In this document: positions 21,856 through 32,086 of the stretch, in pieces
Layout: every line of letters starts with the position of its first letter
How positions within the stretch are numbered: the first letter of the stretch is position 1
Assembly (NCBI GenBank): GCA_037445065.1
Contig: JBBILD010000002.1
Location: forward strand, 1-64,000
Origin: Myxococcales bacterium
GTDB lineage: Bacteria > Desulfobacterota > Binatia > HRBIN30
DNA length: 64,000 nt
Reading direction: 5' to 3'
Notes under the pieces: generated by a model
Database searches by the model: none
What the model was told of the DNA's origin: nothing
The model's input: the letters and a program-made list of their open reading frames with translations, nothing else
Position numbers and translations under genes: made by a program

Positions 21856-22272
21856 TCAGTACACCCACCGGCCGTTAGCGTACCGAAAGATCTCAGTCAC
21901 TTCCGTGGTTTCGATGGGCTGAGGCGGGTTTCGCTCTGCTTCTTCTCGCGAGCTCCCTCGCTTCTCATAGCGGACTTCTAGGTAAGTGATCTTACCGAGC
22001 GGGGTTGCATCTGAGCCTTCCTTGTACGTGCAGGAATGCTGAGAACTGTAGCCAAGGTACGTCCCGCGGATCGTTCCATTTTCCTCGGTCCAGCGAATGG
22101 CCGAGGCGTTGCGCCTTTCCCGCTCTGCTAACTTCGACATCCATTCCTCGCAAAACCGCGGGAAGGAGTCGCGCGCTCCCTCAGCCAAAGCGGACAAACC
22201 AGCGCTCATGGTCACGCACACCACTAAAAAAAAGCGCCACACAGCAGCTCCACTTTTCACAGTTCCACACAC
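21856..22272 (-). CDS. Hypothetical exported protein
   Basis: AAGGAG RBS, signal-peptide-like N-terminus, natural composition, co-oriented between uvrB and argH. Confidence 0.7.
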   Translation of the reverse strand: MCGTVKSGAAVWRFFLVVCVTMSAGLSALAEGARDSFPRFCEEWMSKLAERERRNASAIRWTEENGTIRGTYLGYSSQHSCTYKEGSDATPLGKITYLEVRYEKRGSSREEAERNPPQPIETTEVTEIFRYANGRWVY

Positions 22273-22326
22273 TCCTTTTTACTCGGATTATTACGCGTAC
22301 GGAGCAAAGACAAGCAAGGTGGGAGG

Positions 22327-24381
22327 CTACGTTTCCGGCTCACTGGCGAGGAGCATCCGTTGACGCAACTGCCGAATCTGATCTCGTAAGGCGGCGGCAC
22401 GCTCAAATTCGAGGGCGGCTGCCGCAGATCGCATTTCTTCTTCTAGACGCACCAGCAGTTCCCTAGGTTGATTGTGGTCGGACCACAGGGATTCAGGTTC
22501 TTGCAACGCGGTGCCAGCCTCCATCCCGGATCCTGGCTCCGGCGACATGTCCCAGGGCTCTGCGATGGGCTTGCGAATTGTTTCCGGCACGATTCCATGA
22601 CGGGCATTGAATTCTGCTTGTACCGCCCTTCGTCGGTTCGTTTCGCTGATTGCCCGCTGCATCGAATCGGTGATTCGATCCGCGTAAAGGATGACTTGCC
22701 CATTCGCGTTGCGTGCGGCCCGGCCAATTGTCTGGATCAAGGAACGCTCCGACCGGAGGTAACCCTCTTTATCCGCATCGAGGATTGCAACCAATGAGAC
22801 TTCAGGGATGTCTAAGCCTTCGCGCAACAGATTGATGCCAACCAAGACGTCAAATGTCCCGCGGCGCAGACCTTGAACGATTTCTACTCGCTGCAAAGTG
22901 TCAATGTCGGAGTGCAAGTACCGCACCCGGATGCCGAGTTCCTGCAAGTAATCAGTGAGATCCTCCGCCATTTTCTTGGTCAGCGTGGTTACGAGTACTC
23001 GCTCTCCCTTGGCTATCCGCTCGCGGATTCGAGCTATTAGGTCATCGACCTGAGTTGTTGCGGGCCGTACAAGAACCTCCGGATCCATAAGTCCAGTCGG
23101 TCGAATCAGTTGCTCCACCACAGCGCCTTGAGCCTTCTCCAATTCGTATTCCCCCGGCGTTGCGGAGACGTAAATGACAAAGTCTGTGAGCGCTTCAAAC
23201 TCCTGGAAGTTCAGCGGGCGGTTGTCTAGTGCGGACGGGAGCCGAAAGCCGTACTCGACGAGGGTCTCCTTCCTGGCCCGATCACCGCGGTACATGCCTC
23301 CAATTTGGGGGATCGTCACGTGGCTTTCGTCGATGAACAGGAGCCATCGTTCCGGGAAGTAATCCAACAGGGTTGGCGGTGGTTCGCCGGGACTTCGACC
23401 CGTGAGATGGCGCGAGTAGTTTTCGATGCCGGGGCAGAAACCCATCTCGCGCAACATTTCTAAATCGTACCTTGTTCGTTGCTCTAAGCGCTGTGCCTCG
23501 AGGAGCTTCCCCGCGCTGCGCAGCTCTGCCACGCGTTGTTCCAACTCGGCGGCGATAAGCTCGATGGCCGCTTGCATCCGCTCTGGTTGCGTCACGTAGT
23601 GGCTCGCCGGGTAAATAGCCACTTTGTCCACGGTACGGTACGCCCTGCCTCGAAAGGGGTCAATTTCTTGAATCCGTTCCACGACGTCACCAAAGAATTC
23701 GATCCGAAAAGCCAAGTTGTCCTCGGAGGCAGGGAATACCTCCACGGTGTCGCCTCGAACCCGAAATGTTCCGCGTGAGAAGTCGAGGTCGGAACGCCGA
23801 TACTGGATGTCCACCAGTTTACGAATGAGGCGGTCGCGATCGATGGTGTCACCGCGCTCGAGAAAAACGAGTAGTTGAAAATAGGCCTCAGGCGAGCCAA
23901 GCCCATAAATACAAGACACACTGGCAACGATCAGCACGTCGTTGCGCTCGAGAAGGGCCTTCGTTGCTGAGTGTCGTAACTTGTCGATCTCGTCGTTGAT
24001 GGCGGCGTCTTTCTCGATGTACGTGTCAGTCGCCGGAACATAGGCCTCGGGTTGATAATAGTCGTAGTAGCTCACGAAGTAACGCACAGCGTTGTGCGGA
24101 AAAAGCTGGCGAAATTCGTTGTAGAGCTGCGCAGCGAGAGTCTTGTTGGGCGCAATGACCAGTGTTGGAAGCTGAAGCTGGGCCACAACGTGGGCCATTG
24201 TGAAGGTTTTACCTGAGCCCGTTACACCCAGCAAAACCTGGTGCTTATGTCCCTCCCGCACCCCACGGACCAAGGCGTCAATGGCCTGTGGTTGATCACC
24301 CCGTGGCTCAAATGCTGCCGCTAATTGGAAGCGTCCTTGGCTCACAGCGTCATTTTTAGCGCGGGGCACCTGCATTCTCAT
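22327..24381 (-). CDS. uvrB: Excinuclease ABC subunit B
   Basis: [34 protein letters not shown]-terminal UVR motif. Confidence 0.98.
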   Translation of the reverse strand: MRMQVPRAKNDAVSQGRFQLAAAFEPRGDQPQAIDALVRGVREGHKHQVLLGVTGSGKTFTMAHVVAQLQLPTLVIAPNKTLAAQLYNEFRQLFPHNAVRYFVSYYDYYQPEAYVPATDTYIEKDAAINDEIDKLRHSATKALLERNDVLIVASVSCIYGLGSPEAYFQLLVFLERGDTIDRDRLIRKLVDIQYRRSDLDFSRGTFRVRGDTVEVFPASEDNLAFRIEFFGDVVERIQEIDPFRGRAYRTVDKVAIYPASHYVTQPERMQAAIELIAAELEQRVAELRSAGKLLEAQRLEQRTRYDLEMLREMGFCPGIENYSRHLTGRSPGEPPPTLLDYFPERWLLFIDESHVTIPQIGGMYRGDRARKETLVEYGFRLPSALDNRPLNFQEFEALTDFVIYVSATPGEYELEKAQGAVVEQLIRPTGLMDPEVLVRPATTQVDDLIARIRERIAKGERVLVTTLTKKMAEDLTDYLQELGIRVRYLHSDIDTLQRVEIVQGLRRGTFDVLVGINLLREGLDIPEVSLVAILDADKEGYLRSERSLIQTIGRAARNANGQVILYADRITDSMQRAISETNRRRAVQAEFNARHGIVPETIRKPIAEPWDMSPEPGSGMEAGTALQEPESLWSDHNQPRELLVRLEEEMRSAAAALEFERAAALRDQIRQLRQRMLLASEPET

Positions 24382-24574
24382 CTTTCATCTGGGAAGGCAA
24401 GGGCAACTTCACGCTGTTCAATTTCGAAAATTCCGCCCGCCCGGCGCTTCTTGCGAATGGAAACCGCTACGAGGGCGTGGGCAAGTCCGTCGTACATTCT
24501 TTGTCGCGGCATTCGACTTGCTCGTTCCGTTGCAGTGCGTCGGAACGACGCGGTTCAGGCCAAAGGAGAAGATC

Positions 24575-25450
24575 ATGCAGAAACGCTGTGGTTGGAGTGT
24601 GGTTCTTTTGATTTCGCTCTGTTTTGCGGAGGCGAGCTTAGCGGAGGGAATCGAATCGGTTCCTGGTCCGGTCTCGAATCCGACATTGTTTGAGGCTCCG
24701 ACGATCGAGACGAACGTCAGACCGATCTTCGCTTATCATGAGATCAGTCGTGACTTCGTCAGCAGGGGGGGCAATGCCAAAATCGCAGCGTTGCAACTGC
24801 GGGTCGCGATCACCGATCGCTTGGCACTGATCGCCACCAAAGATGGTTATGTGTGGCTCGAACCCGATCAAGTTCTGCCACGCAAAAACGGGTGGGCAAA
24901 CGTAGCTTTTGGCTTCAAGTACTCGTTCCTCAGCAATGCTTCGTATGCGGTCACGGCAGGAGTTCGCTACGAGACCGCGTCGGGGGACAAAGACGTGTTC
25001 CAGGGACGCGGAGACGGTAGTCTGAACCCTTTTCTCTCCGCCGGACTGCTCCTGCATGACCGCTTAGCCGTTCTCGGTTACTCGGGTCCGCGAGTGCCCA
25101 TCTCCGGAAATGACAGCACGTTTTGGGACACGTCCGCTCACGTCAGTTACCGCATCGGTGACTTTTATCCACTGATTGAGACGAATTGGGTGCACACCTT
25201 AGATGGTGGCCGCCGCTTGTTGCTCGATCAAGAAGGCTTCGATTTCTTTAATTTGGGCAGCCGGCGTGGTTCGGGACGTGGGGTGGTCACTCAGGCCTAC
25301 GGATTTCGTTACCGGCTGCCGAATCGCTGGCAGATTGCAGACAAAGAGGTCGGTGCTGACTTCGGCGTAGTTTACCAGACACCGCTGACCGATCGAGAAG
25401 ACCTGTTTGCGTGGCGGGTCACGACGGATGTAACTCTTTGGTTGCGATGA
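24575..25450 (+). CDS. Hypothetical exported protein, possible outer-membrane beta-barrel
   Basis: AAGGAG RBS, signal peptide ending ASLA, alternating hydrophobic beta-strand pattern (AFGFKYSF, AGVRYET, YGFRYR). Confidence 0.65.
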   Translation: MQKRCGWSVVLLISLCFAEASLAEGIESVPGPVSNPTLFEAPTIETNVRPIFAYHEISRDFVSRGGNAKIAALQLRVAITDRLALIATKDGYVWLEPDQVLPRKNGWANVAFGFKYSFLSNASYAVTAGVRYETASGDKDVFQGRGDGSLNPFLSAGLLLHDRLAVLGYSGPRVPISGNDSTFWDTSAHVSYRIGDFYPLIETNWVHTLDGGRRLLLDQEGFDFFNLGSRRGSGRGVVTQAYGFRYRLPNRWQIADKEVGADFGVVYQTPLTDREDLFAWRVTTDVTLWLR

Positions 25451-25765
25451 GTGCGACAGAGTCTCCAAACCAGTAGCGAGCGTTTTCTTGACGCCGAAAC
25501 GGCTCGCACTCTCTGCGGTGGCGCCGCCCGGTCGTTAGCCACAAGAGGGCCTCTCGATCGATTCCCCGAGGGAGCAGGGTCGCATGTTGCTGAAAATGGG
25601 CGCTCGGACTTTTTCCGGATAGTCAATAGGGAATTCTGGCGGCCTCGTCAGCTTGGAACGAATTACCCGGGTGAGAACGAAGTTCCCGGAGTAGCTGTCC
25701 CGTGGAAAAATGTACGTAGGAGACCGGCTGTGTGAGGAGCATTGCGGTGAACATGGCCGGCCAGG

Positions 25766-26302
25766 TTAGACTGATCGTCGGTTGCGAAACTGAGTCAGAA
25801 GCTGTCTCCGCGCGTCTAAGAGGAGCTCGCAAACGTCCGGTTGGGCGTAGTCTGGATAGGTGCTCGGCAAGGGCCGGAATGTCCCACGTTGGAAGAGCAA
25901 CGTGACCTCACCAAAAATTCCCTGCCCGAGGTAGATGCGGTGGGCCGCATTTTTGGTTGACACAAGAACCACATTCCCGAGACTCACGTATCCAGGGTCC
26001 GCATTGATGCGGCGCCTTCCTTGGCACGCCCAACGCTGCTCGAGTTGGTTCGTAGCGAGCTTCCACTGCACAACCTCACCGGCGCTCCGCAACTCTCCGA
26101 AGATCACAAAGGCTCTCCATAGAGGCTCACCCATCTCCCGCGCGTAGTATCGAGAAAACTCCCACTTGCGAAGTTGCGAGCAGTGTTGCACCGGACCAAG
26201 GATCCCAGCGAGTTCGTCCAGGAACTTCACGGGGATCGTCGGTTCCGTAAGAAGCAGACCGCAGATTGGTTTCACGAGCGGTGCCTCACTAGGGTGGCCC
26301 AT
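25766..26302 (-). CDS. DUF4416 family protein
   Basis: YYAREMG, KLATNQLE, RRINADPGY, STKNAAHRIYL, TYPDY. Confidence 0.85.
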   Translation of the reverse strand: MGHPSEAPLVKPICGLLLTEPTIPVKFLDELAGILGPVQHCSQLRKWEFSRYYAREMGEPLWRAFVIFGELRSAGEVVQWKLATNQLEQRWACQGRRRINADPGYVSLGNVVLVSTKNAAHRIYLGQGIFGEVTLLFQRGTFRPLPSTYPDYAQPDVCELLLDARRQLLTQFRNRRSV

Positions 26303-27516
26303 TATTCCCGACGGATGGATTGCCGCACGCGCACCACATGATCAAGGATGGCGTGCGCCACTTCGCTTTTGGGGAGTAAGGGAATTTCCGTCTTCACGCC
26401 GAAGCGATCCAAGATCAGAACAGCGTTCGCGTCACTCTCGAACCCGGTGGATCGGCTGCTCACGTCGTTGGCTACGATGACATCGAGGTGTTTTCGTTCC
26501 AGTTTTAACCGGGCATGGCTTTCAAGTTCCTCAACCTCTGCGGCAAAGCCGACGATGATTCGGTCTTGCTTCTTTTCCCCAAGTTCCTCGAGAATGTCGG
26601 GGGTGCGAACGAGTTCCAAACTGAACGCAGCCGCGCTTTTTTTCATCTTCCCGGGGAGTAGAACCTTGGGCCGGTAATCTGCAACTGCCGCGCACATCAC
26701 GACAATCGTTGCTCGCCCTAATGCAGCGAATACAGCCTCCCGCATCTCTTCGGCCGATTCGACATAGACTACCGAAACGCCAGGGGGAGGGGGGAGAGCC
26801 GTGGGTCCTGAGATCAACGTGACCGCGGCGCCTCTTTGCCACGCAGCCGCTGCCAGTGCGTAGCCCATCTTGCCGCTCGACCGATTACTGAGGAAACGGA
26901 CGGCATCAATTGGTTCGCGGGTAGGACCCGCGGTGACCACAAGCGATTCGCCGGCGAGGTCCTTGGTTGCCAGCGCTCGCTCAGTTTCTGCGAACAAAAC
27001 CGATGGGTCTGCTAGACGCCCCCTCCCGTACCAGCCACAGGCGAGTTCGCCTTCTGCAGGTTCGACAACCCGGACGCCTCGCTGTTTGAGGAGCGCGATG
27101 TTCGCCTGAGTGGCCGCATGTTCGTACATGTTTACGTTCATGGAAGGCGCCACGATGAGAGGGGCACGCGTTGCGAGAGCCACTGTTGTTACGACGTCGT
27201 CAGCCATGCCGGCTGCCAGACGGGCGAGCAAGTTTGCACTAGCGGGGGCGATCACTAGGGCGTCGGCCGAGTCGGCAAGCCGGATATGACCGATGTGGCT
27301 CTCTTGCGCTAAATCGAATACGTCCGTAGCCACTGGATTGCCGGTGAGCCCTTGTAGGGTGAGCGGACTCAGAAACTTTTGTGCTCCCCGGGTCATCAGA
27401 CAATGCACGACAGCCCCTGCGCGGACCAGTAAGCGAACCAGCTCGGCTGTTTTGTAGCACGCAATGCCTCCGCTCAGTCCGACTAGGATTGTTTTTCGTT
27501 CAAGCAGCCGTGACAT
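26302..27516 (-). CDS. coaBC: Bifunctional phosphopantothenoylcysteine decarboxylase/ligase
   Basis: GGIACYK, APSMNVNM, LACG, TAGPTRE, SSGKMG, VGFAAE. Confidence 0.96.
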   Translation of the reverse strand: MSRLLERKTILVGLSGGIACYKTAELVRLLVRAGAVVHCLMTRGAQKFLSPLTLQGLTGNPVATDVFDLAQESHIGHIRLADSADALVIAPASANLLARLAAGMADDVVTTVALATRAPLIVAPSMNVNMYEHAATQANIALLKQRGVRVVEPAEGELACGWYGRGRLADPSVLFAETERALATKDLAGESLVVTAGPTREPIDAVRFLSNRSSGKMGYALAAAAWQRGAAVTLISGPTALPPPPGVSVVYVESAEEMREAVFAALGRATIVVMCAAVADYRPKVLLPGKMKKSAAAFSLELVRTPDILEELGEKKQDRIIVGFAAEVEELESHARLKLERKHLDVIVANDVSSRSTGFESDANAVLILDRFGVKTEIPLLPKSEVAHAILDHVVRVRQSIRRE

Positions 27517-28498
27517 GAGACTCGCGTACCTCTTCGATTTGCCGCAAGCTCAGGCCTTCGTTGACCAGCGAAAACACTCCCGCCGCCACGGTCGCTAGAA
27601 ACTGCGTGGCATGTAAGACGACGGAGAAGGCTAGAGCCTCGCTTTGTTCAACCTGAAAGAAGCCCAATGCCAGAGTGCAACCAAATTGAAATGCTCCGAC
27701 GTATCCTGGTGCCGAAGGAGCGGACACGGCTAGTGCTACCAGGGCAGTGACGACAAGGACTGCGCTTCCTAGAGGGACGGCCAGGTTCAGCGCCAGGATC
27801 CCAAAGGCGTTCACAAGCGCAATGATCGCCCACAAGTAGAGTGTCCACGCACCGAGCAAAAAAAAGGACCACACTCTGTCCAACACCTTAACCGCTTGTA
27901 AAAATCCGGTCACAAACCCGCCAAGCGGATGCGCCAATGGCGCAGGAAGATACTGCGCGACAAAACGCCAAAAGCGAATGATGCGTTCTTCCTGCCAACG
28001 CGCTGCGCCGATCGCGAGGCATAAAACGGCCGCGACGAGGAGGAGAGCCCATCCCATTTTGCGGACGGGCGCTGACACGGGAACCAACAAGACTGCAGCG
28101 CCAAACAGCGCGATGACAGTTAAAAGGTCCAGGATCCGCTCCAGCACAATCGACGCCATCACGCCGCCAAGAGGGAGATGCGTCTTACGGGCAAGGAGAA
28201 CAGGACGGATCACTTCTCCAGCTCGCAAGGGCAGGATCATGTTGGCCATGAACCCGATGTTGGTCGCGTGCACCAGCGGTGGAAGCTCCACCGATCCAAG
28301 CGCCCTCAGCAAGACCTGCCAGCGTTGCGCGCGAATGAGTAGGGTCCAGATCGTGGCTAGGAACACTCCGGGAACAAATATCCAAGCCGTACGCGCTAAA
28401 GCGTCCGACACCCTCGACCACTCGGTTCCGCGAATCGCAATAAAGAGAAAGCAGGCGGAGAGAACGACCGTCAAAAGAATCCGCGCCTTGCGGTTCAT
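27500..28498 (-). CDS. Lysylphosphatidylglycerol synthase TM-domain (flippase-like, UPF0104) protein
   Basis: RAQRW, LPLRAGEVIR, LERILD, PSAPGYVG; multi-pass. Confidence 0.88.
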   Translation of the reverse strand: MNRKARILLTVVLSACFLFIAIRGTEWSRVSDALARTAWIFVPGVFLATIWTLLIRAQRWQVLLRALGSVELPPLVHATNIGFMANMILPLRAGEVIRPVLLARKTHLPLGGVMASIVLERILDLLTVIALFGAAVLLVPVSAPVRKMGWALLLVAAVLCLAIGAARWQEERIIRFWRFVAQYLPAPLAHPLGGFVTGFLQAVKVLDRVWSFFLLGAWTLYLWAIIALVNAFGILALNLAVPLGSAVLVVTALVALAVSAPSAPGYVGAFQFGCTLALGFFQVEQSEALAFSVVLHATQFLATVAAGVFSLVNEGLSLRQIEEVRESHVTAA

Positions 28499-28728
28499 TG
28501 CTCGGTCCCAGCGCCCGCACTCAGAATCGTAGCGTCGCTTTCTCGCGGTTCGCTTGCTTCAGTAGTAGATTCCTTGCGAAGCAACGCTGACAAAAGCAAC
28601 GCCACACCGGCGGCTAGTGTCGGAATCGCGACAGCGGCCGATCCACGGTCTAACAAAATTCCGCAGCCGAGGAAAAGTAAAAACGTTCCCCAACTTTGGC
28701 GTTCACGCGTACGCAATTCAGGCCGCAT
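28495..28728 (-). CDS. Small two-TM hypothetical membrane protein
   Basis: GAGGAG RBS before ATG 28728; two hydrophobic segments; overlaps both neighbours. Confidence 0.6.
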   Translation of the reverse strand: MRPELRTRERQSWGTFLLFLGCGILLDRGSAAVAIPTLAAGVALLLSALLRKESTTEASEPRESDATILSAGAGTEQ

Positions 28729-29479
28729 GTGGCTCCTCTTTCTTGCCAAGCTCTCGCCAGACGTACACCGCTCTTTGGATTGCCGTGACATTGATCAGCA
28801 CAGCAAGCGCCGAAAGGACTACGCTCAGCACAGAAGCATCCTCGAGAGGAACCGCAGGTTGCAGAAGACGGGTGAGCAGGACGCTCAGCATGCAACCGAA
28901 ACCAAGAAGCACATAACGTTCAGGACGTTGTAACAAGCCCACTTTACAGCTTTGCCCGAGACCCTCGGCGCGGGCTCGGGTGTAGCTTACAAGCAGGCTT
29001 CCAACGAGAGCGAACAGTGCGATCCAAAGAAGAGCGGAGTCGCGGAAATAAACAGCGAGACCGATATAGCCGAAGGAGTCCGCGTAGCGGTCAATAACAG
29101 AATCTAAAAATGCCCCGCGCGGACTGGCAGAGTCCGTGCGACGCGCCAGCCTGCCATCAACGATATCGAGGGAACCGGTCACAAGTAAGAGCCAGCCCCC
29201 AGTAAACAACATGCCGGTCGCGAACAGGAGCGCTACCACGGCACTGAGCGCGAGTTGCGTGAAGGAGAGAAAGGAAGGAGTCACCCCAAGCTGCACGCAG
29301 CGCTCCTCGATCGGGTCGAGAAAGGAAACGTACCAGGCTCGGATGCGGGCTCCGAGCAGCGCAGAGCTGCCGGCTGTCGCGGCACCTTGGATGTGAAAAC
29401 GGGCGGCACTCCGCGTAGCTACGAGCAGCACAAAGGTGAGGAGGGCTAAGGCAAGGAATCGATCAACCCAGACTGTCAT
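28718..29479 (-). CDS. CDP-alcohol phosphatidyltransferase (PgsA/PI-synthase-like)
   Basis: DIVDGRLARR...GAFLDSVIDR signature; SYTRARAE, QRPER. Confidence 0.92.
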   Translation of the reverse strand: MTVWVDRFLALALLTFVLLVATRSAARFHIQGAATAGSSALLGARIRAWYVSFLDPIEERCVQLGVTPSFLSFTQLALSAVVALLFATGMLFTGGWLLLVTGSLDIVDGRLARRTDSASPRGAFLDSVIDRYADSFGYIGLAVYFRDSALLWIALFALVGSLLVSYTRARAEGLGQSCKVGLLQRPERYVLLGFGCMLSVLLTRLLQPAVPLEDASVLSVVLSALAVLINVTAIQRAVYVWRELGKKEEPHAA

Positions 29480-29584
29480 TGCGCAAATCGCACGGCTGGA
29501 AGCGTCTCGTTTTCTCCAAGCTCACCGGCATCCGCCCGTTGCTTCAACCTCGTCCGGCTCCCAATGATGGGCCTGTTCAAGGGC

Positions 29585-30655
29585 TCAGTTAATAATCCGG
29601 GGCGCCGGCCGTTCGCCGCTTCTATTCGCAAGTGCATCCATAAGTTGCCCAGCAATGGACTGGAATACCGCGGCGGTTTCGGGGTCTTCTCGCAGCGGGA
29701 AATCACCCCCAGCGCTCGTGGCAGAGCCTCGTAGACTCGCTGTGAGCGGTACTTGGCCGAGCAGCGGAATACCGTACATCTCACTTAGCCTGTTCCCGCC
29801 GCCCGATGAAAACAGGCTCTCCTTTTGGCCGCACTTCGGGCAACGGTAGTAAGACATGTTTTCCACTATTCCGAGTACAGGCACCGCGACGGTTCGGAGC
29901 ATCGCTACCCCACGTTCCACGTCTCGCAACGCAACTTGTTGCGGCGTTGTCACGATGACAGCGCCTGCGACTGGAACTAACTGCAGCAAACTAAGGACCG
30001 CATCGCCGGTTCCTGGGGGGAGATCTACCAATAAAACGTCCACTGCGTTCCACGCCACGTCTCGTAGAAACTGGCGTGCGAGACTCATGACCACGGGGCC
30101 CCGCCAGATGACGGGTGCATCCTCTTCCAGAAAGAATCCAACGGACATAAGCTGTAGCCCACATCGCTCGACAGGAGAAAGGCGGTGCTCGGCAACCAGG
30201 GACGGTGTTCCCGAATGTCCGAGAAATACAGGAAGACTGGGGCCGTAAACGTCAAGATCAAGGATTCCCACCCCGAGACCAAATTGCCGCATCGACAAGG
30301 CAAGATGGACCGCGACCGTCGACTTGCCTACGCCTCCTTTTACGCTGCTGACCGCGACAATGTTGCGAACACCAGACAGTGGGCCCGGTTCCGCGGGAGG
30401 GGAGGGGCCTGGGGGGGCTTCCTGGGCTTCGATCCGGACGTCCGATACCCCAGGCAACGAATGCACGGCGCGCCGAATGTCTGCGTCTAAGACGCGCCGT
30501 GCCTGGTCTTTCATGGGTGGGAGCGCAAGCACGATCGTGACCAGCCCCTGGTCTAACTCGATCCGGCGGACGAACCCTCCAGCTACGATGTTTTGCCGTG
30601 CCCCGAGGATGCGAATTTCGCTCAGGCGATCGCGGATGTCCTCAATCGTCAACAC
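29585..30655 (-). CDS. mrp: Mrp/ApbC/NBP35 iron-sulfur cluster carrier ATPase with N-terminal DUF59-like domain
   Basis: KGGVGKST, DVYGPS, WRGP, DLPPGTGD, ENMSYYRCPKC. Confidence 0.93.
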   Translation of the reverse strand: MLTIEDIRDRLSEIRILGARQNIVAGGFVRRIELDQGLVTIVLALPPMKDQARRVLDADIRRAVHSLPGVSDVRIEAQEAPPGPSPPAEPGPLSGVRNIVAVSSVKGGVGKSTVAVHLALSMRQFGLGVGILDLDVYGPSLPVFLGHSGTPSLVAEHRLSPVERCGLQLMSVGFFLEEDAPVIWRGPVVMSLARQFLRDVAWNAVDVLLVDLPPGTGDAVLSLLQLVPVAGAVIVTTPQQVALRDVERGVAMLRTVAVPVLGIVENMSYYRCPKCGQKESLFSSGGGNRLSEMYGIPLLGQVPLTASLRGSATSAGGDFPLREDPETAAVFQSIAGQLMDALANRSGERPAPRIIN

Positions 30656-30990
30656 AGCCCCACCTTGCTAAGACAGCTTGCGCACGCGCACAGGCGGCGC
30701 AACGTCGAGAAACGGAAGATGCCGTCCGCGTGGCCGTCGCTCCAAATGATACTTAGCGCGTAACGGCCGACCAGTCGGAATCCCAGGGGGAAGACAGTTG
30801 CGTCGGTCACGACTGGCAAGTTCACGCCGCTTTCCCGTTCCTGAGTACACGCTACGCAGGGGCACAAACCGCGCAAATAATTGCTTAAGTAGATGCTGGT
30901 ATGGCCGTCGCCCCACTTGATTTCCACGCTCACCTGCCCGTTTCTGCGGATACGTAGCGGCTCGAAGCTCCTCCGATCCAAGGGCTGCAT
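30649..30990 (-). CDS. DUF971 / gamma-butyrobetaine hydroxylase N-terminal-like protein
   Basis: WGDGH, LRGLCPCVAC, VGRYAL, WSDGHADGIF; overlaps the mrp start. Confidence 0.88.
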   Translation of the reverse strand: MQPLDRRSFEPLRIRRNGQVSVEIKWGDGHTSIYLSNYLRGLCPCVACTQERESGVNLPVVTDATVFPLGFRLVGRYALSIIWSDGHADGIFRFSTLRRLCACASCLSKVGLC

Positions 30991-31129
30991 CGGCGTCACA
31001 ACGTACTCTGTCCTTCTTTCCGCTGCAACCTTCCTTGACTCATTGGCGGATTGGCTTCTAACTGGGGGAGGAACCACTTTGCGAGTGAGAACGTTCGTGC
31101 CACGAGTCGAGCGGAGAGAGATTGAACGC

Positions 31130-32086
31130 ATGGACGCGGACCACGCGTGGACTTTAGAAGACGGAATTGCCGCCGTCGAACGACGGCTGCGAGACCGACT
31201 TCAGTCCAGGGAGCCGTTGCTCACCGAAATCTCCAGTTACTTGGTCGGATCAGGCGGAAAACGCGTGCGGCCCGCAGTGACATTGCTCGTTTATCGTGCT
31301 TGCGGCGGAACGGAGCTCGCAACGATCGTGGACGTTGCCACGGCACTGGAGCTGATTCACTCCGCCACGCTGTTGCACGATGACATCATTGACCGTAGCG
31401 AAACGAGGCGCGGGAAGCCGTCCGCCTTGTTTCGTTACGGTCTAGCACACACACTAGTCACGGGTGACTTCATCTTTAGCCGGGCATTTGAGCTGTGTGC
31501 GCCTTTTGACGAACAGCTGATTCGGTGGGCCGCTGCTGCATGTATTGCCTTGACCGAAGGCGAGGTGATGCAGAGCCGGTTCCGCCACAACCCAGCGGTG
31601 ACACTCGAGGATTACCTGGAAATCGTTCGCCGAAAGACGGCGAGTATCTTCGAGCACGGTAGCCGCGCGGCTGCCTCTCTCGCCGGAGCCTGCCCAGAGC
31701 TGGTCGAGGCAATGGCCGCCGCGGGGTTCGCCGTTGGGATGACGTTTCAGATCGTCGACGACATTCTCGATATTGAAGGAACCGAAGCGAGTACCGGTAA
31801 ACCGATCGGGATTGACTTGCGGGACGGAAATCCAGCTCTCCCGATCGTTCTTGCCTTGAACGCGGACCCAGTCGTGAGGCGCTGGTTTGCTGAAACCGAA
31901 CTTAGTGAAGAGCAGCTAGCAGCTTTTCGGCAACGTATCCGTGCTTCCGGAGCAATGATCAGCGCCAAACGACTGGCTGAGAGTTATGCCGAAGAAGCGC
32001 AAGCTCAGTTGGCACTCCTGCCGGAGAGTACCGACAAACGAACCCTACTGGAACTGGTGGAGCAGTTGGTGCATCGCATCGGTTAG
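31130..32086 (+). CDS. Polyprenyl diphosphate synthase (IspB-like)
   Basis: GGKRVRP, LLHDDIID...RRG, KTA, FQIVDDILD. Confidence 0.95.
   Translation: MDADHAWTLEDGIAAVERRLRDRLQSREPLLTEISSYLVGSGGKRVRPAVTLLVYRACGGTELATIVDVATALELIHSATLLHDDIIDRSETRRGKPSALFRYGLAHTLVTGDFIFSRAFELCAPFDEQLIRWAAAACIALTEGEVMQSRFRHNPAVTLEDYLEIVRRKTASIFEHGSRAAASLAGACPELVEAMAAAGFAVGMTFQIVDDILDIEGTEASTGKPIGIDLRDGNPALPIVLALNADPVVRRWFAETELSEEQLAAFRQRIRASGAMISAKRLAESYAEEAQAQLALLPESTDKRTLLELVEQLVHRIG

Noticed and set aside
25451..25765. Possible ncRNA or small ORFs between convergent genes
   Set aside because: No RNase P, SRP, 6S or tmRNA signature recognised; the ORFs lack an RBS or motifs.
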